Assembly: GCA_041577295.1 (NCBI GenBank)
Contig: JBFGJG010000016.1
Span: 12,437 to 76,436, forward strand
Reading direction: 5' to 3'
Source: Gemmatimonadales bacterium
Lineage (GTDB): Bacteria; Gemmatimonadota; Gemmatimonadetes; Gemmatimonadales; GWC2-71-9
DNA length: 64,000 nt
Every line of letters starts with the position of its first letter. Position 1 is the first letter of the stretch. A program made the position numbers and the translations under genes. Shown piece by piece: positions 54,301 to 63,486 of this stretch. The notes under the pieces are model-generated. The model saw nothing but the letters and a program-made list of their open reading frames with translations. It searched no databases and was not told where the DNA came from.

Positions 54301-54445
54301 ACCCCACTTCGCGTCGGAGTGCCTCGTCATCGCCGCAGAGGCGCGCAAGATGGGCGGGCCGCTCGGCCTCCGGATGGTCGAGGACCGCGTTGAAAACCTC
54401 TTGAATTCGAGCCCAGCGATCAGGGCTGATACTCGGATCTGACAC
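51335..54445 (-). CDS. large Ser/Thr protein kinase with TM segment and extracytoplasmic TPR-like sensor region
   Basis: Hanks motifs GGMALVF, AIKVL, HRDIKPSNILL, DFGIA and PGYMPPE. TM segment LGGVVGAALVAAVVAVVTL. The long helical-repeat tail is about 650 aa. GTG 54445 gives VSDPSISPDRWARIQEVF, the typical N-terminus of this kinase class. Confidence 0.9.
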   Translation of the reverse strand: MSDPSISPDRWARIQEVFNAVLDHPEAERPAHLARLCGDDEALRREVGLLLDAHHRGGPVATADLARSDRVLAILRRALAGRYVVEREVATGGMALVFLAQDLKHNRNVAIKVLRPELAPFLGGERFLREIGIAASLQHPHILPLYDSGSAEGLLYYVMPFIEGDTLSDRMQRGGSLPVREAVQIATDILSALEYAHRRGVVHRDIKPSNILLSASGGHAVVADFGIARAVSAAGGDATLTRTGALLGTPGYMPPEQAAGRDVTAESDIYATGIVLYECLTGRQWQPSMDVEKADWTGVPAHCSRVLKRALAWDPGDRWKNATAFRDALLAGAESPRFRRVALGGVVGAALVAAVVAVVTLSSGSVGSSAGPSAARVAVFPFSVRGSGELSYLGEGMVDLLSTKLDGAGNWRSVDPRVLLGTVRRDGLTTLDPQTVSRVAGRLDAGLYVLGSILEVGGRIRLDAALYSVDRRDALARASAEGAPPDVLTLVDDLAQQLLLGQSDAGDARLTRIAAVTTNSLPALKAYLNGVRALRAAQFPQAAAAFQEAVDTDSTFALAWYQLSVSADWLLHVELAHRAAEQAVRFADRLSERDRLLLEALRAARRGEAERSEGLYRAIVGRYPDDVEAWSQLSEVLFHFGPQRGRPLGDSREAWGRVLQLEPDHSPAFVHLARIEVAGGDYAGLDSMAARVIALAPEGDRNLEMHTLRAFTTGDAAERDRVLNMLRRATDDVLSEVTWSAGAFLPDIDAAATVARIPVEPTRSARYRAAGHSILAYYALAAGKWSTAMAELTNTAELDSVAALEHRALLAVTWIRETEPATLRDYRDRLQRLEVADIASSETPGVWLSVHNGVHPHLRTYLVGLLSAALGDEVQAVRARQDLARLPLPVESGSLAWDLGQGIEATLAWRRGDHAEALRALRALRMNVWHSLAVSSPFYGQTYHRFLLASALEEAGQNAEAMRWYRSFDNNSVYDRIYQAPAHLRMGQIAERGGQLEAARSHYERVLSSWADADPALAPSVEAARDGLTRVTQDVR

Positions 54446-54683
54446 TCGATCGAGCTCCCACTTGGCGGCAGCGGAGCAACCGACGTTCGAGCCACCGAAC
54501 AAAGACCGCCCGGCCGGCCGGACCGGGCGTACGCTACCTGAAAAATGCCCTCACCGGCTCTCTAGAGCCAGCCACGCAGCGTTTTCGAGTTGGAACTTGC
54601 GCGCTTGCGTGTCCTGGCAAGCGTGGTGATTGTCCAGCCTCGGACGGCTCGGCATGCCTGTAGAGCAGCACCCACGGAGGACC

Positions 54684-55736
54684 ATGAGTATATCGGGAGC
54701 CCAAACCAAGGACGCGCCTCGCTTTGACGACCACGCCCGGTCTTACGACGGGCTCCTGGTCTTGTCGTTCGGGGGCCCCGAGGGACCGGACGATGTCATG
54801 CCGTTTCTCGAGAATGTGACGCGGGGGCGTAATGTTCCCCGCGATCGTCTCCTCGAGGTCGCGCATCACTATGAGGCGCTCGGAGGGGTGAGCCCCATCA
54901 ACGAGCAGAACCGCGCACTCATCCGAGCGCTCACGACTGAGCTCGAGACCCACCGAATCGATCTGCCTATCTACTTCGGCAATCGCAATTGGCACCCGCT
55001 AGTCGAGGACACCGTGCGGGACATGCGAGGCGATGGCGTCCAGCGGGCACTCACATTTGTCACGTCGGGCTTCAGCTGCTACTCGGGGTGTCGCCAGTAT
55101 CGAGAAGACATCATCCGTGCGGCTGAGGCCGTTGGCGATGGCGCACCGAGCTTCGACAAGCTACGAGTCTTCTACAACCATCCCGGTTTCATCGAGCCCA
55201 ACGGGAAACACTTGCGAGCCGCAATTGCCAAGCTGCCCGCAGCCAAACGTTCGGGAGTACATGTCGCGTTCACCGCGCACAGCATCCCGCTCGCTATGGC
55301 CAGGCAAAGTACGTATGTAGCTCAACTCGAGGAGTCTGCTCGCCTGGTCGCTGAAGACGCTGGTGTCGAGCACTTCGCCATGGTTTATCAAAGCCGCAGC
55401 GGGCCGCCACACATTCCGTGGCTCGAACCCGACATCCTGGATCATCTCCGCGAGCTTCACCGCACCGGTGTCGAAGCGGTCATCGTCCACCCGATCGGGT
55501 TTCTGTCAGATCATGTGGAGGTAATTTGGGACCTCGATACGGAGGCCGCTGCGGTGGCCCGTGAGATGGGAATGACGATGGTACGCGCGGCGACCGTGGG
55601 CACCGCGCCGGGATTCGTCTCGATGATCCGCGAGCTCATCGAGGAACGCATGTCTGCCAGTCCCGAGCGGCGCGCGCTGGGGAAATGGGGGCCCAGTCAC
55701 GACATCTGTCCCGTGGGGTGCTGCTTGGCGCGTTGA
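54684..55736 (+). CDS. hemH: ferrochelatase (probably coproporphyrin ferrochelatase type) with Cys-rich C-terminus
   Basis: ATG 54684 is preceded by GGAGG. Segments LLVLSFGGPEGPDDVMPFLENV, FTAHSIP and HPIGFLSDHVEV. The C-terminus reads HDICPVGCCLAR. Confidence 0.9.
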   Translation: MSISGAQTKDAPRFDDHARSYDGLLVLSFGGPEGPDDVMPFLENVTRGRNVPRDRLLEVAHHYEALGGVSPINEQNRALIRALTTELETHRIDLPIYFGNRNWHPLVEDTVRDMRGDGVQRALTFVTSGFSCYSGCRQYREDIIRAAEAVGDGAPSFDKLRVFYNHPGFIEPNGKHLRAAIAKLPAAKRSGVHVAFTAHSIPLAMARQSTYVAQLEESARLVAEDAGVEHFAMVYQSRSGPPHIPWLEPDILDHLRELHRTGVEAVIVHPIGFLSDHVEVIWDLDTEAAAVAREMGMTMVRAATVGTAPGFVSMIRELIEERMSASPERRALGKWGPSHDICPVGCCLAR

Positions 55737-55752
55737 GACCACCACGACCCGA

Positions 55753-56799
55753 TTAGGGTCGCGGCGTGTACTCGTGCACGAGATCGACCACGGCGCGCAC
55801 CCGATCGACGGGGGTCCCGGGAAGGATGCCGTGCCCGAGGTTGAAGATGTGGCCTGGCCGGCTAGCAGCTTGCTCCATCACGTCGTGCACCCGTCGCGTC
55901 AGCTCCCCCTCCTGCGCGAATAACACAACCGGATCGAGATTCCCTTGAATCCCGCGATCAAAACCGATCCGCTGCCACGCCTCCCCAAGGGGGAGTCGCC
56001 AATCGACCCCGACGACGTCCCCACCAGCCTCCCGAATATCCTCGAGCATGTGCGACGTATTCACACCAAAGTGGATGACTGGTACCTCATACGACGCGAG
56101 CCGTTCGATGATGCGGCGGGTGTACGGCGCCGCCGCCGCACGATAGTCGCTGGCGGAAAGCGCACCAACCCACGAATCGAACAGCTGGACCGCTTGCGCT
56201 CCCGCTTCGATCTGCGCCGCGAGGTAATCCCCCAACACACTCGTAAAGTGCTCCATCAGGCGGTGCCACACGTTGGGTGCACCGTACATCAATGTCTTCG
56301 TTTCAACGAAGTTTCGTGACGATCCACCCTCGATGGCGTAGCTCGCGACCGTGAAGGGCGCACCCGCAAAGCCGATCAGGGGGATGCGATCGTTCAGCTC
56401 CCGTCGGACCAGCCGGATCGTCTCCAACACGTGGCCCAGTGTCTCTTGCACGTCCACAGTGCGGAGTCGCTCCACATCCTGAACGGACCGTATCGGATTC
56501 GCGATGACGGGACCCTCACCGGGCGCAAACGACAGGTCGAGTCCCATCGGAACGAGTGGCAGCAGAATGTCTGCAAAGAGGATTGCAGCGTCGACTTCGA
56601 ACGCGCGGATCGGTTGTAGGGTCACCTCACAGGCGAGCGCCGGAGCGGCACAGATCTCGAGCAGAGTATGGCGCTCGCGGATACGACGGTACTCCGGCAT
56701 GTATCGGCCCGCTTGGCGCATGAACCAGACCGGCGTGTGATCGACGGTCTCGCGTCGTGCCGCCCGCAAGAACGTGTGCGAGCGGGCGGTCACAGCCAC
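55753..56799 (-). CDS. hemE: uroporphyrinogen decarboxylase
   Basis: PVWFMRQAGRYMPEYR near the N-terminus, and later GHIFNLGHGI. Confidence 0.95.
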   Translation of the reverse strand: MAVTARSHTFLRAARRETVDHTPVWFMRQAGRYMPEYRRIRERHTLLEICAAPALACEVTLQPIRAFEVDAAILFADILLPLVPMGLDLSFAPGEGPVIANPIRSVQDVERLRTVDVQETLGHVLETIRLVRRELNDRIPLIGFAGAPFTVASYAIEGGSSRNFVETKTLMYGAPNVWHRLMEHFTSVLGDYLAAQIEAGAQAVQLFDSWVGALSASDYRAAAAPYTRRIIERLASYEVPVIHFGVNTSHMLEDIREAGGDVVGVDWRLPLGEAWQRIGFDRGIQGNLDPVVLFAQEGELTRRVHDVMEQAASRPGHIFNLGHGILPGTPVDRVRAVVDLVHEYTPRP

Positions 56800-57479
56800 G
56801 TGGCCAACGCCTCGACTCCCGGCTGATGAATGGCAGCGTGGAGCGGATAGTCTCGCTCGGTGAAGATTCGGGCCTCCGTGCTGCGGAGCTCGGTTACGAG
56901 GTTCAGGAAGCGCATGAGGTCGTATGTCTCGTAGACCACCACGAACTCTTGATCTTGCAGCCCGTACGAGTAGAGCAGCAACTGCGCGATGTCCGGGTAC
57001 TGCTTACCGATCTTGATGTGTCCCAACATCATCCGCTGGCGCTCTTCTCGCTCTTTGAGATACCAGTCCGTTGTCTTCACAAACGGATACATCACGAGAT
57101 ATGGACGGCGGTCCTGCGCAAAGGGATCGAGCTCCTGAGTGGAGCGCGTCTTGGTGTATTGCGACGGCTTGGTAAACCCCCACAGAGTCTCGCGCAGGTC
57201 GATATAGCGCCGCACCGGCGCCGTCACGCTGGAGAAGGCCGTGAAGAAGCGGCCGGGAATCGCGGTGTCGTCACCTTTTCTGGCACACCACACGACGAGA
57301 TCGCTGCCGGCCTCGAGGCCGTAGGACTGATAGAGGTGAACGGCATCGGATGCACCACACAACCCATCAATCCACCCCCGATGGATACGCTGCCGGTCCT
57401 CCGGTGACTCAGCCCAGTACGCAGCAGTGAACTTGATCAGGGTAAAGTGATTGAATGTTTGCGGGGTGGCTTCTGGCAT
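56790..57479 (-). CDS. hemQ: chlorite-dismutase-family coproheme decarboxylase (HemQ/ChdC)
   Basis: YLVMYPFVKTTDWYLKEREERQRMMLGHIKIG...YSYGLQDQEFVVVYETYDL...LRSTEARIF is the typical HemQ core. It overlaps the hemE start by 10 nt. Confidence 0.85.
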   Translation of the reverse strand: MPEATPQTFNHFTLIKFTAAYWAESPEDRQRIHRGWIDGLCGASDAVHLYQSYGLEAGSDLVVWCARKGDDTAIPGRFFTAFSSVTAPVRRYIDLRETLWGFTKPSQYTKTRSTQELDPFAQDRRPYLVMYPFVKTTDWYLKEREERQRMMLGHIKIGKQYPDIAQLLLYSYGLQDQEFVVVYETYDLMRFLNLVTELRSTEARIFTERDYPLHAAIHQPGVEALATWL

Positions 57480-57556
57480 TTATTCCTCGCAATCAGATCG
57501 AAGGCGCCGTGCGCCCGATAGCAGAATCAATGTGACGAATCGGGACGACGGCAGCG

Positions 57557-58330
57557 TCATCGGGGGCGGTCTCGGGCAAGCCCCAATGACGCAAGGCTCT
57601 GGACTAACGCATCGATGGTGTACTCATTCGGCTGCACGTCGACACGGATGCCGAGCGCCCGCGCGGCGTCCGCGGTGACCGGTCCAATACACGCCACAGT
57701 CGCTGATGACAGCAGGTCGTACGCTTCATCACCCAGTTGCGCGACGAGATTCCGAACGGTCGAGGGGCTGGTAAACGTGGCGATGTCAAAGCCGTTACGC
57801 AGGGCCGCAAGCTCATCGGGACGCGGCCGATCCGGAATGGTGTGGTAGACGATTAAATCGTCCACCACCGCTCCCACCGCACGCAGACTTTCGGCCGTGG
57901 CATCGCGCCCAATATCCGCGCGTGGCAGCAAGACGCGGTGACCGTGAACGTCTCCCAGCACCTCGGCAAGACGATCCCCCCTGAACTCCTCAGGGACAGC
58001 GTCCACCCGCACACCGCGCTGCTCGAGCGCGCGCGCGGTGCTCGCGCCAACCGCGGCAACGCGAACACCTTCCGGCCACTGCTCGCCACGGAGTGAATGC
58101 AAACGATCGACAAAGAAGCGAACACCGTTCGCGCTGGTGAAGACCACCCAGACGTATCGGTTCAACGCCCCGATTGCATCGTCCACCGGCGTCATGTCAT
58201 CGGCCGGCCGCACCGCGATCGTTGGAAAGAGGATCGGCTCGGCACCGCGGGCGCGTAGCGCGTCACAGAATCCGGCGGCCTGTTCCCTCGCCCGGGTAAC
58301 GAGGACACGCTTGCCAACGAGCCCGTTCAT
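57557..58330 (-). CDS. hemD: uroporphyrinogen-III synthase
   Basis: 257 aa. Segments GKRVLVTRAREQA and VVFTSANGV, and a second-half repeat IATFTSPSTV. A 4-nt overlap with the hemC stop. Confidence 0.85.
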   Translation of the reverse strand: MNGLVGKRVLVTRAREQAAGFCDALRARGAEPILFPTIAVRPADDMTPVDDAIGALNRYVWVVFTSANGVRFFVDRLHSLRGEQWPEGVRVAAVGASTARALEQRGVRVDAVPEEFRGDRLAEVLGDVHGHRVLLPRADIGRDATAESLRAVGAVVDDLIVYHTIPDRPRPDELAALRNGFDIATFTSPSTVRNLVAQLGDEAYDLLSSATVACIGPVTADAARALGIRVDVQPNEYTIDALVQSLASLGLARDRPR

Positions 58331-59253
58331 TCGACGAGTGCCGCCGCCCCGCGGTCCAGAGCTTCTCGAGCCAGCCGGGTCCCCAAGCCAGCGGCGTCAC
58401 TCGCAGGTCCACTCCCGTCAACCCGGATAGCGCGGCTCCCGTCGAGCGCTCCTACGAACCCCTTCAGCACGAGGGTGCCCGTCTCGGGCCCGGGCGTTGC
58501 GTGCGCCGCCACGGGCGCGGAACATCCACCACCGAGTGCCGCGAGGAAACTGCGCTCAGCCGTCGTTGCGGCTCGAACCGCTGACTCGTCGATCGCGGCC
58601 AGAAACGTCAGCACGGCGGTATCGTCGGCGCGACACTGCACTGCCAATGCACCCTGACCAGGCGCTGGAGTCATGCGATCAATGGACAGGTACTCACTCA
58701 CCGCTTTCTGGAGGTCCAACCGCTCCACACCGGCGGCGGCGATCACGACAGCGTCATAGTCACCGTTCAGGACCTTACGCACTCGCGTATCCACATTGCC
58801 ACGGACTGGGACGATGTCCACATCAGGGCGTGCAGCTTTCAACTGTGCGATGCGGCGGTTGCTCGACGTACCAACACGCGCACCGCTGTGGATTGTATCG
58901 ATCGTCACCGACGCGCGCGCAATCAGCACGTCTCGCGGATCTGCTCGGCAACAGATGGCACCCAGAACGAGACCCCCCGGCGGCTCGATGGGGAGATCCT
59001 TGAGCGAGTGCACTGCTATGTCGATGGTCCCAGCGAGCAACGCCGACTCCAGCGCCTCGGTGAACAAACCCTTCCCGCCGATCTCGGGCAGCGGCGTGAC
59101 ACGATCTCTGTCACCGGCCGTGCTGATGACCACTTCCGTACAGTCGATCTGAGGATGCAGTTGTTGGAGCTTCTCGGCGATGTGATGGCTTTGCCAGCGC
59201 GCGAGTCGTGAGGCGCGCGTGCCGAAGCGCAGCTGGTGTTTGGTACCGATCAC
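58327..59253 (-). CDS. hemC: hydroxymethylbilane synthase (porphobilinogen deaminase)
   Basis: GTG 59253 lies 1 nt after the hemA TAG. Segments LRFGTRASRLARWQ, AVHSLKDLP, TRGNVDTR-like RGNVDTRVRK, and GGCSAPVAA (the cofactor Cys). The upstream part of track ORF 58327..59655 overlaps hemA out of frame. Confidence 0.92.
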   Translation of the reverse strand: MIGTKHQLRFGTRASRLARWQSHHIAEKLQQLHPQIDCTEVVISTAGDRDRVTPLPEIGGKGLFTEALESALLAGTIDIAVHSLKDLPIEPPGGLVLGAICCRADPRDVLIARASVTIDTIHSGARVGTSSNRRIAQLKAARPDVDIVPVRGNVDTRVRKVLNGDYDAVVIAAAGVERLDLQKAVSEYLSIDRMTPAPGQGALAVQCRADDTAVLTFLAAIDESAVRAATTAERSFLAALGGGCSAPVAAHATPGPETGTLVLKGFVGALDGSRAIRVDGSGPASDAAGLGTRLAREALDRGAAALVE

Positions 59254-59254
59254 T

Positions 59255-60577
59255 CTACGGCGTCTCGTTGATCTCCTCGCCGTCCCCAGACAGACCGTAC
59301 AGCTGCCTGGTGACCAGGCGAAAGAGGGCTGCCCGCTCGGGATCGGATTCTTCTCGCAGGCGTCGAGAGGGCTGGTGGAGCATCCGCTTGACGAGAGCGC
59401 GTGATAATCGCTGCAGTTGCTCGACAACTTCCGGTGACACGGCGCCGAGTTGGTCGAGTGCGCGTTCCACCTCCTGCCGACGGATCTGCTCTCCCCGTCC
59501 CCACATGGCCGAGAGTAGCGGACGAAGCTCTGCTTCCTGTGTCCACTCCTCGAACCTCGCCAGCTCCTCTTCGATGATCCGCTCGACCCGCGGAATTTCC
59601 TTGCGCCGCTTGGCGAGATTGCCGTTGAGCCGCGCTCTGAGGTGATCGATGTCAATCACTCGGACTCCCTCGACGGTGGAAACCGTTTCCTCGACATCAC
59701 GCGGCACCGCAATGTCGAGAAAGAGCATTGGCCGGCGATCGCTCCTCCGCTCGAGGGCACTCTGCACGAGCTCCAACGTGATCACGGAATGGGGTGCGCC
59801 GGTCGAACAGAAGATCACGTCCGCATAGGCCACGGCGGTGGCCAACTCATGCCAGGCAAGCGGTGTCGCGCCACACTCCCGCGCGAGCTCCTCCGCGTTT
59901 TGTCGCGTCCGGCTGACCACGGATAACCCACGAACGCCCTTGGCCCTGAGTGTGCGTCCCGCAACGCGTCCCATCTTGCCGGTGCCAACGATGAGCACGT
60001 GCTTTCCAGACAAACCGCCGATCACCTCGCGCGCTACGCGAATGGCTTCGGAGGCCACGCTCACCGGTGTCCGCGAAATGCCGGTCTCCGCTCGCGCGCG
60101 ACGACCGGCACGGACGGCCGTGCTGAACAATTCGTGTAACACCGGTCCGGCGGCCCCGCCCTCTATTGCCGAGCGATGCGCTTGCTGCACCTGTCCGAGA
60201 ATCTCCGATTCTCCTATCACCATCGAATCCAAACCCGTAGCAACACGACAGAGGTGCCGAACCGCGTCGGTGCCTTCGTACCGATACAAGTACGTTCTGA
60301 TGCTCTCGAGCGGTACACGGCGATCGCGGGCCAACATCTTCTCGAATGCACCGTTCACTGACGAGCGTCGGTCGATGCGCAGGGCACCGCCGCCGTAGAG
60401 TTCCGTACGATTACAGGTGGAGAGCACGCCGAGTTCGGCGAACCCGGTGTCGCCCTGGATGCCGGCGAGATCGAGGCGGGAGTAGAGCTCGTGCTGCTCC
60501 TCAGCCGTAAACGCGAGACGCTCTCGAACGGAGAGCGGCGCTGACTGATGGTTGAGCCCCAAACAGACAATTGGCAT
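59255..60577 (-). CDS. hemA: glutamyl-tRNA reductase
   Basis: Segments LGLNHQSAPLSVRE and LSTCNRTELY (the catalytic Cys), plus the NADPH site GTGKMG. Confidence 0.95.
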   Translation of the reverse strand: MPIVCLGLNHQSAPLSVRERLAFTAEEQHELYSRLDLAGIQGDTGFAELGVLSTCNRTELYGGGALRIDRRSSVNGAFEKMLARDRRVPLESIRTYLYRYEGTDAVRHLCRVATGLDSMVIGESEILGQVQQAHRSAIEGGAAGPVLHELFSTAVRAGRRARAETGISRTPVSVASEAIRVAREVIGGLSGKHVLIVGTGKMGRVAGRTLRAKGVRGLSVVSRTRQNAEELARECGATPLAWHELATAVAYADVIFCSTGAPHSVITLELVQSALERRSDRRPMLFLDIAVPRDVEETVSTVEGVRVIDIDHLRARLNGNLAKRRKEIPRVERIIEEELARFEEWTQEAELRPLLSAMWGRGEQIRRQEVERALDQLGAVSPEVVEQLQRLSRALVKRMLHQPSRRLREESDPERAALFRLVTRQLYGLSGDGEEINETP

Positions 60578-60850
60578 GGCGTTCCTGAGTTTGCGAGGAA
60601 CTCCCCCCGCAAACCTAAGCTATCGCATTCGTAGAGTAGGATATCCGTGTCTGGGCGACCATTCGGATGCCTACGGAGACCGTGCCCCGTAACAATACGG
60701 GGGAGCCACGCCCTGCCCAAGTCCTGGCTACCAGTAGAACTCCCAGTGGCTCTTGGCCGGGTCGCCAACCTCCCGGTACCGGGGCTATTTTCGCGCACCG
60801 CGCAGCGAATGACAAGGTGGACACGACGGAACGATTTCCGTGGAGTGACC

Positions 60851-63133
60851 ATGGCTGATCGCACATCGAAACGGACCAGCGTCTGGTGGCGGGGAATCGC
60901 CGTCGGTCTCGTCGCCGCCATGCTGGTGTTCGTAATGGTGGTGGGTCTCGTATTCCGGTCGGGCTATGGCGTCGTGTTGGATACGGTCGCCGCCATGCTG
61001 TTCGGCGTGCTCGGGCTGATCGTCTTCGCGCTCGTCACCATCGCGCTCGTGTGGGTGCTCCGACGCGTCCCCACACCGGCCTTGGTCGCCGGGGGAGCAG
61101 TCCTCGGCACGGTTTTCGGAGTACGGCTGCTCGACGAGGCGATCGCCGGTCGAGCGCTCTGGCCGGAGGAAATCTACTACTCGTCGTTGCTGGCCTTCCT
61201 CGCGCTGCACGGCCTCTCGGGAGGCGCAGTCGCCACGCTCATGGAACGCGTGGCGCAACCGCAGCCGCGGACCCAGAAACTCGCGTGGCTCGTCGTGGTT
61301 GTGGTGGTCACGATCGATGTCGCCGCCGTAGTCTGGTTCCTGCGCGAAGGTCGAGTCCCCGACGAAGTCATGGCGACCTCGCTCGATGCCGGCGACGTCC
61401 CGCGTCTCTCAGCACCCGATCCCGCACGTCGCGGCCCATACGACGTGCGCTCGTTGACGTACGGCACCCCACCCAATCGCAGACGCCCCGCGCTCGGAGC
61501 CAATGCCGATTTGCAGACGGAGCCCGTTGACGCGTCACCGCTCCTTCGGGAGTGGAGAGGCTTCCGTCAGCGCATGCGGGAACGGTACTGGGGATTTGGT
61601 ATCGACCAGTACCCAATCAATGGAACCGTGTGGTACCCAGACGGCGTTGGGCCGTTTCCGCTCGTGCTCGTCGTCCACGGGAACCATGCCATGGAGGAGT
61701 ATTCCGATCCTGGGTACGGCTACCTCGGGGATTTGTTGGCCAGCCGGGGGTATATCGTGGCCTCCGTCGACGAAAACCTCACGAATGCGACTTGGTCGGG
61801 AGACTTCGGTGGCCGTGAGATGCCGATTCGAGCGTGGGTGCTCCTCAGGCATCTCCGTCAGTGGCGGGAGTGGAACGCGGACGGGGACACACCCTTTCGT
61901 GGCAATGTGGACATGGGCAACATCGCGTTGATCGGGCACTCACGTGGTGGCGAGGCCGTCGCCATGGCGAGTGTATTCAACCATCTGCCGTTCTTCCCGG
62001 ACAACGCCATGGTGCCGCTGGACACGGGGTTTGCCATTCAAGCGGTCGTCGGTATCGCACCGACCGATTATCGCTACAGCCGCCGGCTCACACTCGAGAA
62101 CGTGAGCTACATGACGCTGCACGGGGCGTATGACACGGATGTGTCCAGTTTCTTTGGCATGCGGCAGTATGATCGCGTTCGCTTTACCGATGACGCGTAT
62201 CGAATCAAGTTCGCATTCTACATCCACCGGGCGAACCACGGACAGTTCAACACCGTGTGGGGAAGAGAAGATCTGTCTCCTCCGAGGAGTTGGTTGCTCA
62301 ACACCGCGCCGTTGCTGCCGGCCGAGGATCAGCGGCGAATTGCCAGTACCTATATATCGGCGTTCCTCGAGTTCACCCTGCGGGACAACGTCGACTACCT
62401 GCCGATGTTTCGCGATCCGCGCGTCGCTGCGCACTGGTTACCGGAGACGGGCTACGTGCACCGGTTCGAGGACTCGGCGTTACGGGTTATCGCGAACTTC
62501 GAGGAAGATCTCGACGTCACGACTACCACGCTCCCAGCCGGGCGGGTGCACACGGCGAAACTCGCTGTGTGGCGCGAGCAACCGCTTGCCTTTCGATCGG
62601 ACGAGGCCAACCAAATCAATAGTGGGGTGCACCTCGGATGGACGCGGGCGGACGCGGACACATCCGTTTACGCCCTCGGACTATCGCCGCAGACTCGGCT
62701 CTCCGTCGCCAGCGACGCACTGCTCTCGTTTGCGCTAGCCGTGACGGACGAGGACGTGCTAAACGGCGGTGAAAGCGTGACTGAGAACGATAGGCCAGAG
62801 GAGCGCGTTGAGCCTGTAACCGTCGTGGTCGAAGTGCGGGATCAGTCGGGTACAGCCGCCAGCGTCGATGTGCGTGAGGTGGGACCTGTAGCACCCCCGT
62901 TTCATACCCCCTTGCTGCTGAAGACTCAAGGGCTGTCCGACGAAGCGTATGACGACACGTGGGAGCCGGTTCTCAAGACCTACGAGATCCCATTCGGCGA
63001 GTTCATCGAGGTGAACCCACGGTTGCAGCTTGCGTCGCTGACCGAAATCCGGTTTCTCTTCCCGCGGGAACGAGATGCGGTTGTGATCCTCGACGATGTA
63101 GGGGTGCGAGCAGGAAGGCCGTTACGCGAGTAA
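60851..63133 (+). CDS. membrane-anchored alpha/beta hydrolase (chlorophyllase/PAF-acetylhydrolase-like) with uncharacterised C-terminal domain
   Basis: ATG 60851 is preceded by GGAG. About 6 N-terminal TM segments. Catalytic-domain segments LVLVVHGNH and the nucleophile elbow LIGHSRGGEA. A tail of about 250 aa has no recognised motif. Confidence 0.8.
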   Translation: MADRTSKRTSVWWRGIAVGLVAAMLVFVMVVGLVFRSGYGVVLDTVAAMLFGVLGLIVFALVTIALVWVLRRVPTPALVAGGAVLGTVFGVRLLDEAIAGRALWPEEIYYSSLLAFLALHGLSGGAVATLMERVAQPQPRTQKLAWLVVVVVVTIDVAAVVWFLREGRVPDEVMATSLDAGDVPRLSAPDPARRGPYDVRSLTYGTPPNRRRPALGANADLQTEPVDASPLLREWRGFRQRMRERYWGFGIDQYPINGTVWYPDGVGPFPLVLVVHGNHAMEEYSDPGYGYLGDLLASRGYIVASVDENLTNATWSGDFGGREMPIRAWVLLRHLRQWREWNADGDTPFRGNVDMGNIALIGHSRGGEAVAMASVFNHLPFFPDNAMVPLDTGFAIQAVVGIAPTDYRYSRRLTLENVSYMTLHGAYDTDVSSFFGMRQYDRVRFTDDAYRIKFAFYIHRANHGQFNTVWGREDLSPPRSWLLNTAPLLPAEDQRRIASTYISAFLEFTLRDNVDYLPMFRDPRVAAHWLPETGYVHRFEDSALRVIANFEEDLDVTTTTLPAGRVHTAKLAVWREQPLAFRSDEANQINSGVHLGWTRADADTSVYALGLSPQTRLSVASDALLSFALAVTDEDVLNGGESVTENDRPEERVEPVTVVVEVRDQSGTAASVDVREVGPVAPPFHTPLLLKTQGLSDEAYDDTWEPVLKTYEIPFGEFIEVNPRLQLASLTEIRFLFPRERDAVVILDDVGVRAGRPLRE

Positions 63134-63141
63134 GTCGTGGC

Positions 63142-63486
63142 TTAGGAGCGGCTCCGCAGTGCCTCCACACCCTCCAGCGTTTCTTCCACGAGTGCGCGCA
63201 GGCGCGCGAACCCAGGCGTCCTGGCCGATATCGTCCAATCCGAGAACCCCCCGACGACACCCTGGCAGAGGTGCGCCGTACGGCGGAGCCGGAATTTGAC
63301 GACCACCTCCGGGACATCTGCCGCTTGGGCAGCGTTCAGAATCGCTTGGACCCGGTTACGCGCCTTGTCCAGCGTGCCCTTGAACTCCTCGAGATCAGAA
63401 GGGACCACATTGGGACCCGTGAGGTGCGGCTCGATGGCGTCGAGTGACCGGCGCAGCAGCTCGACGGCGGTGCGCAGCTCGTTCAC
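63142..63486 (-). CDS. small helical protein, paralogue of the upstream gene, unknown function
   Basis: 114 aa. It shares LLRRSLD, RLRRTAHLC and TPGFARLRAL with the neighbour. A 4-nt overlap with the neighbour's stop. Confidence 0.6.
   Translation of the reverse strand: MNELRTAVELLRRSLDAIEPHLTGPNVVPSDLEEFKGTLDKARNRVQAILNAAQAADVPEVVVKFRLRRTAHLCQGVVGGFSDWTISARTPGFARLRALVEETLEGVEALRSRS

Noticed and set aside
60590-60775. Possible structured RNA between hemA and the hydrolase gene. It includes hairpins TTTGCG-N12-CGCAAA (60590..60613) and CCCCGT-aacaat-ACGGGG, and a GGCGACC...GGTCGCC pair about 120 nt apart.
   Set aside because: The stems are short (6-7 bp) and I recognise no known RNA family motif (SRP, 6S, tmRNA, RNase P). 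They are equally consistent with ordinary 5'-UTR structure.
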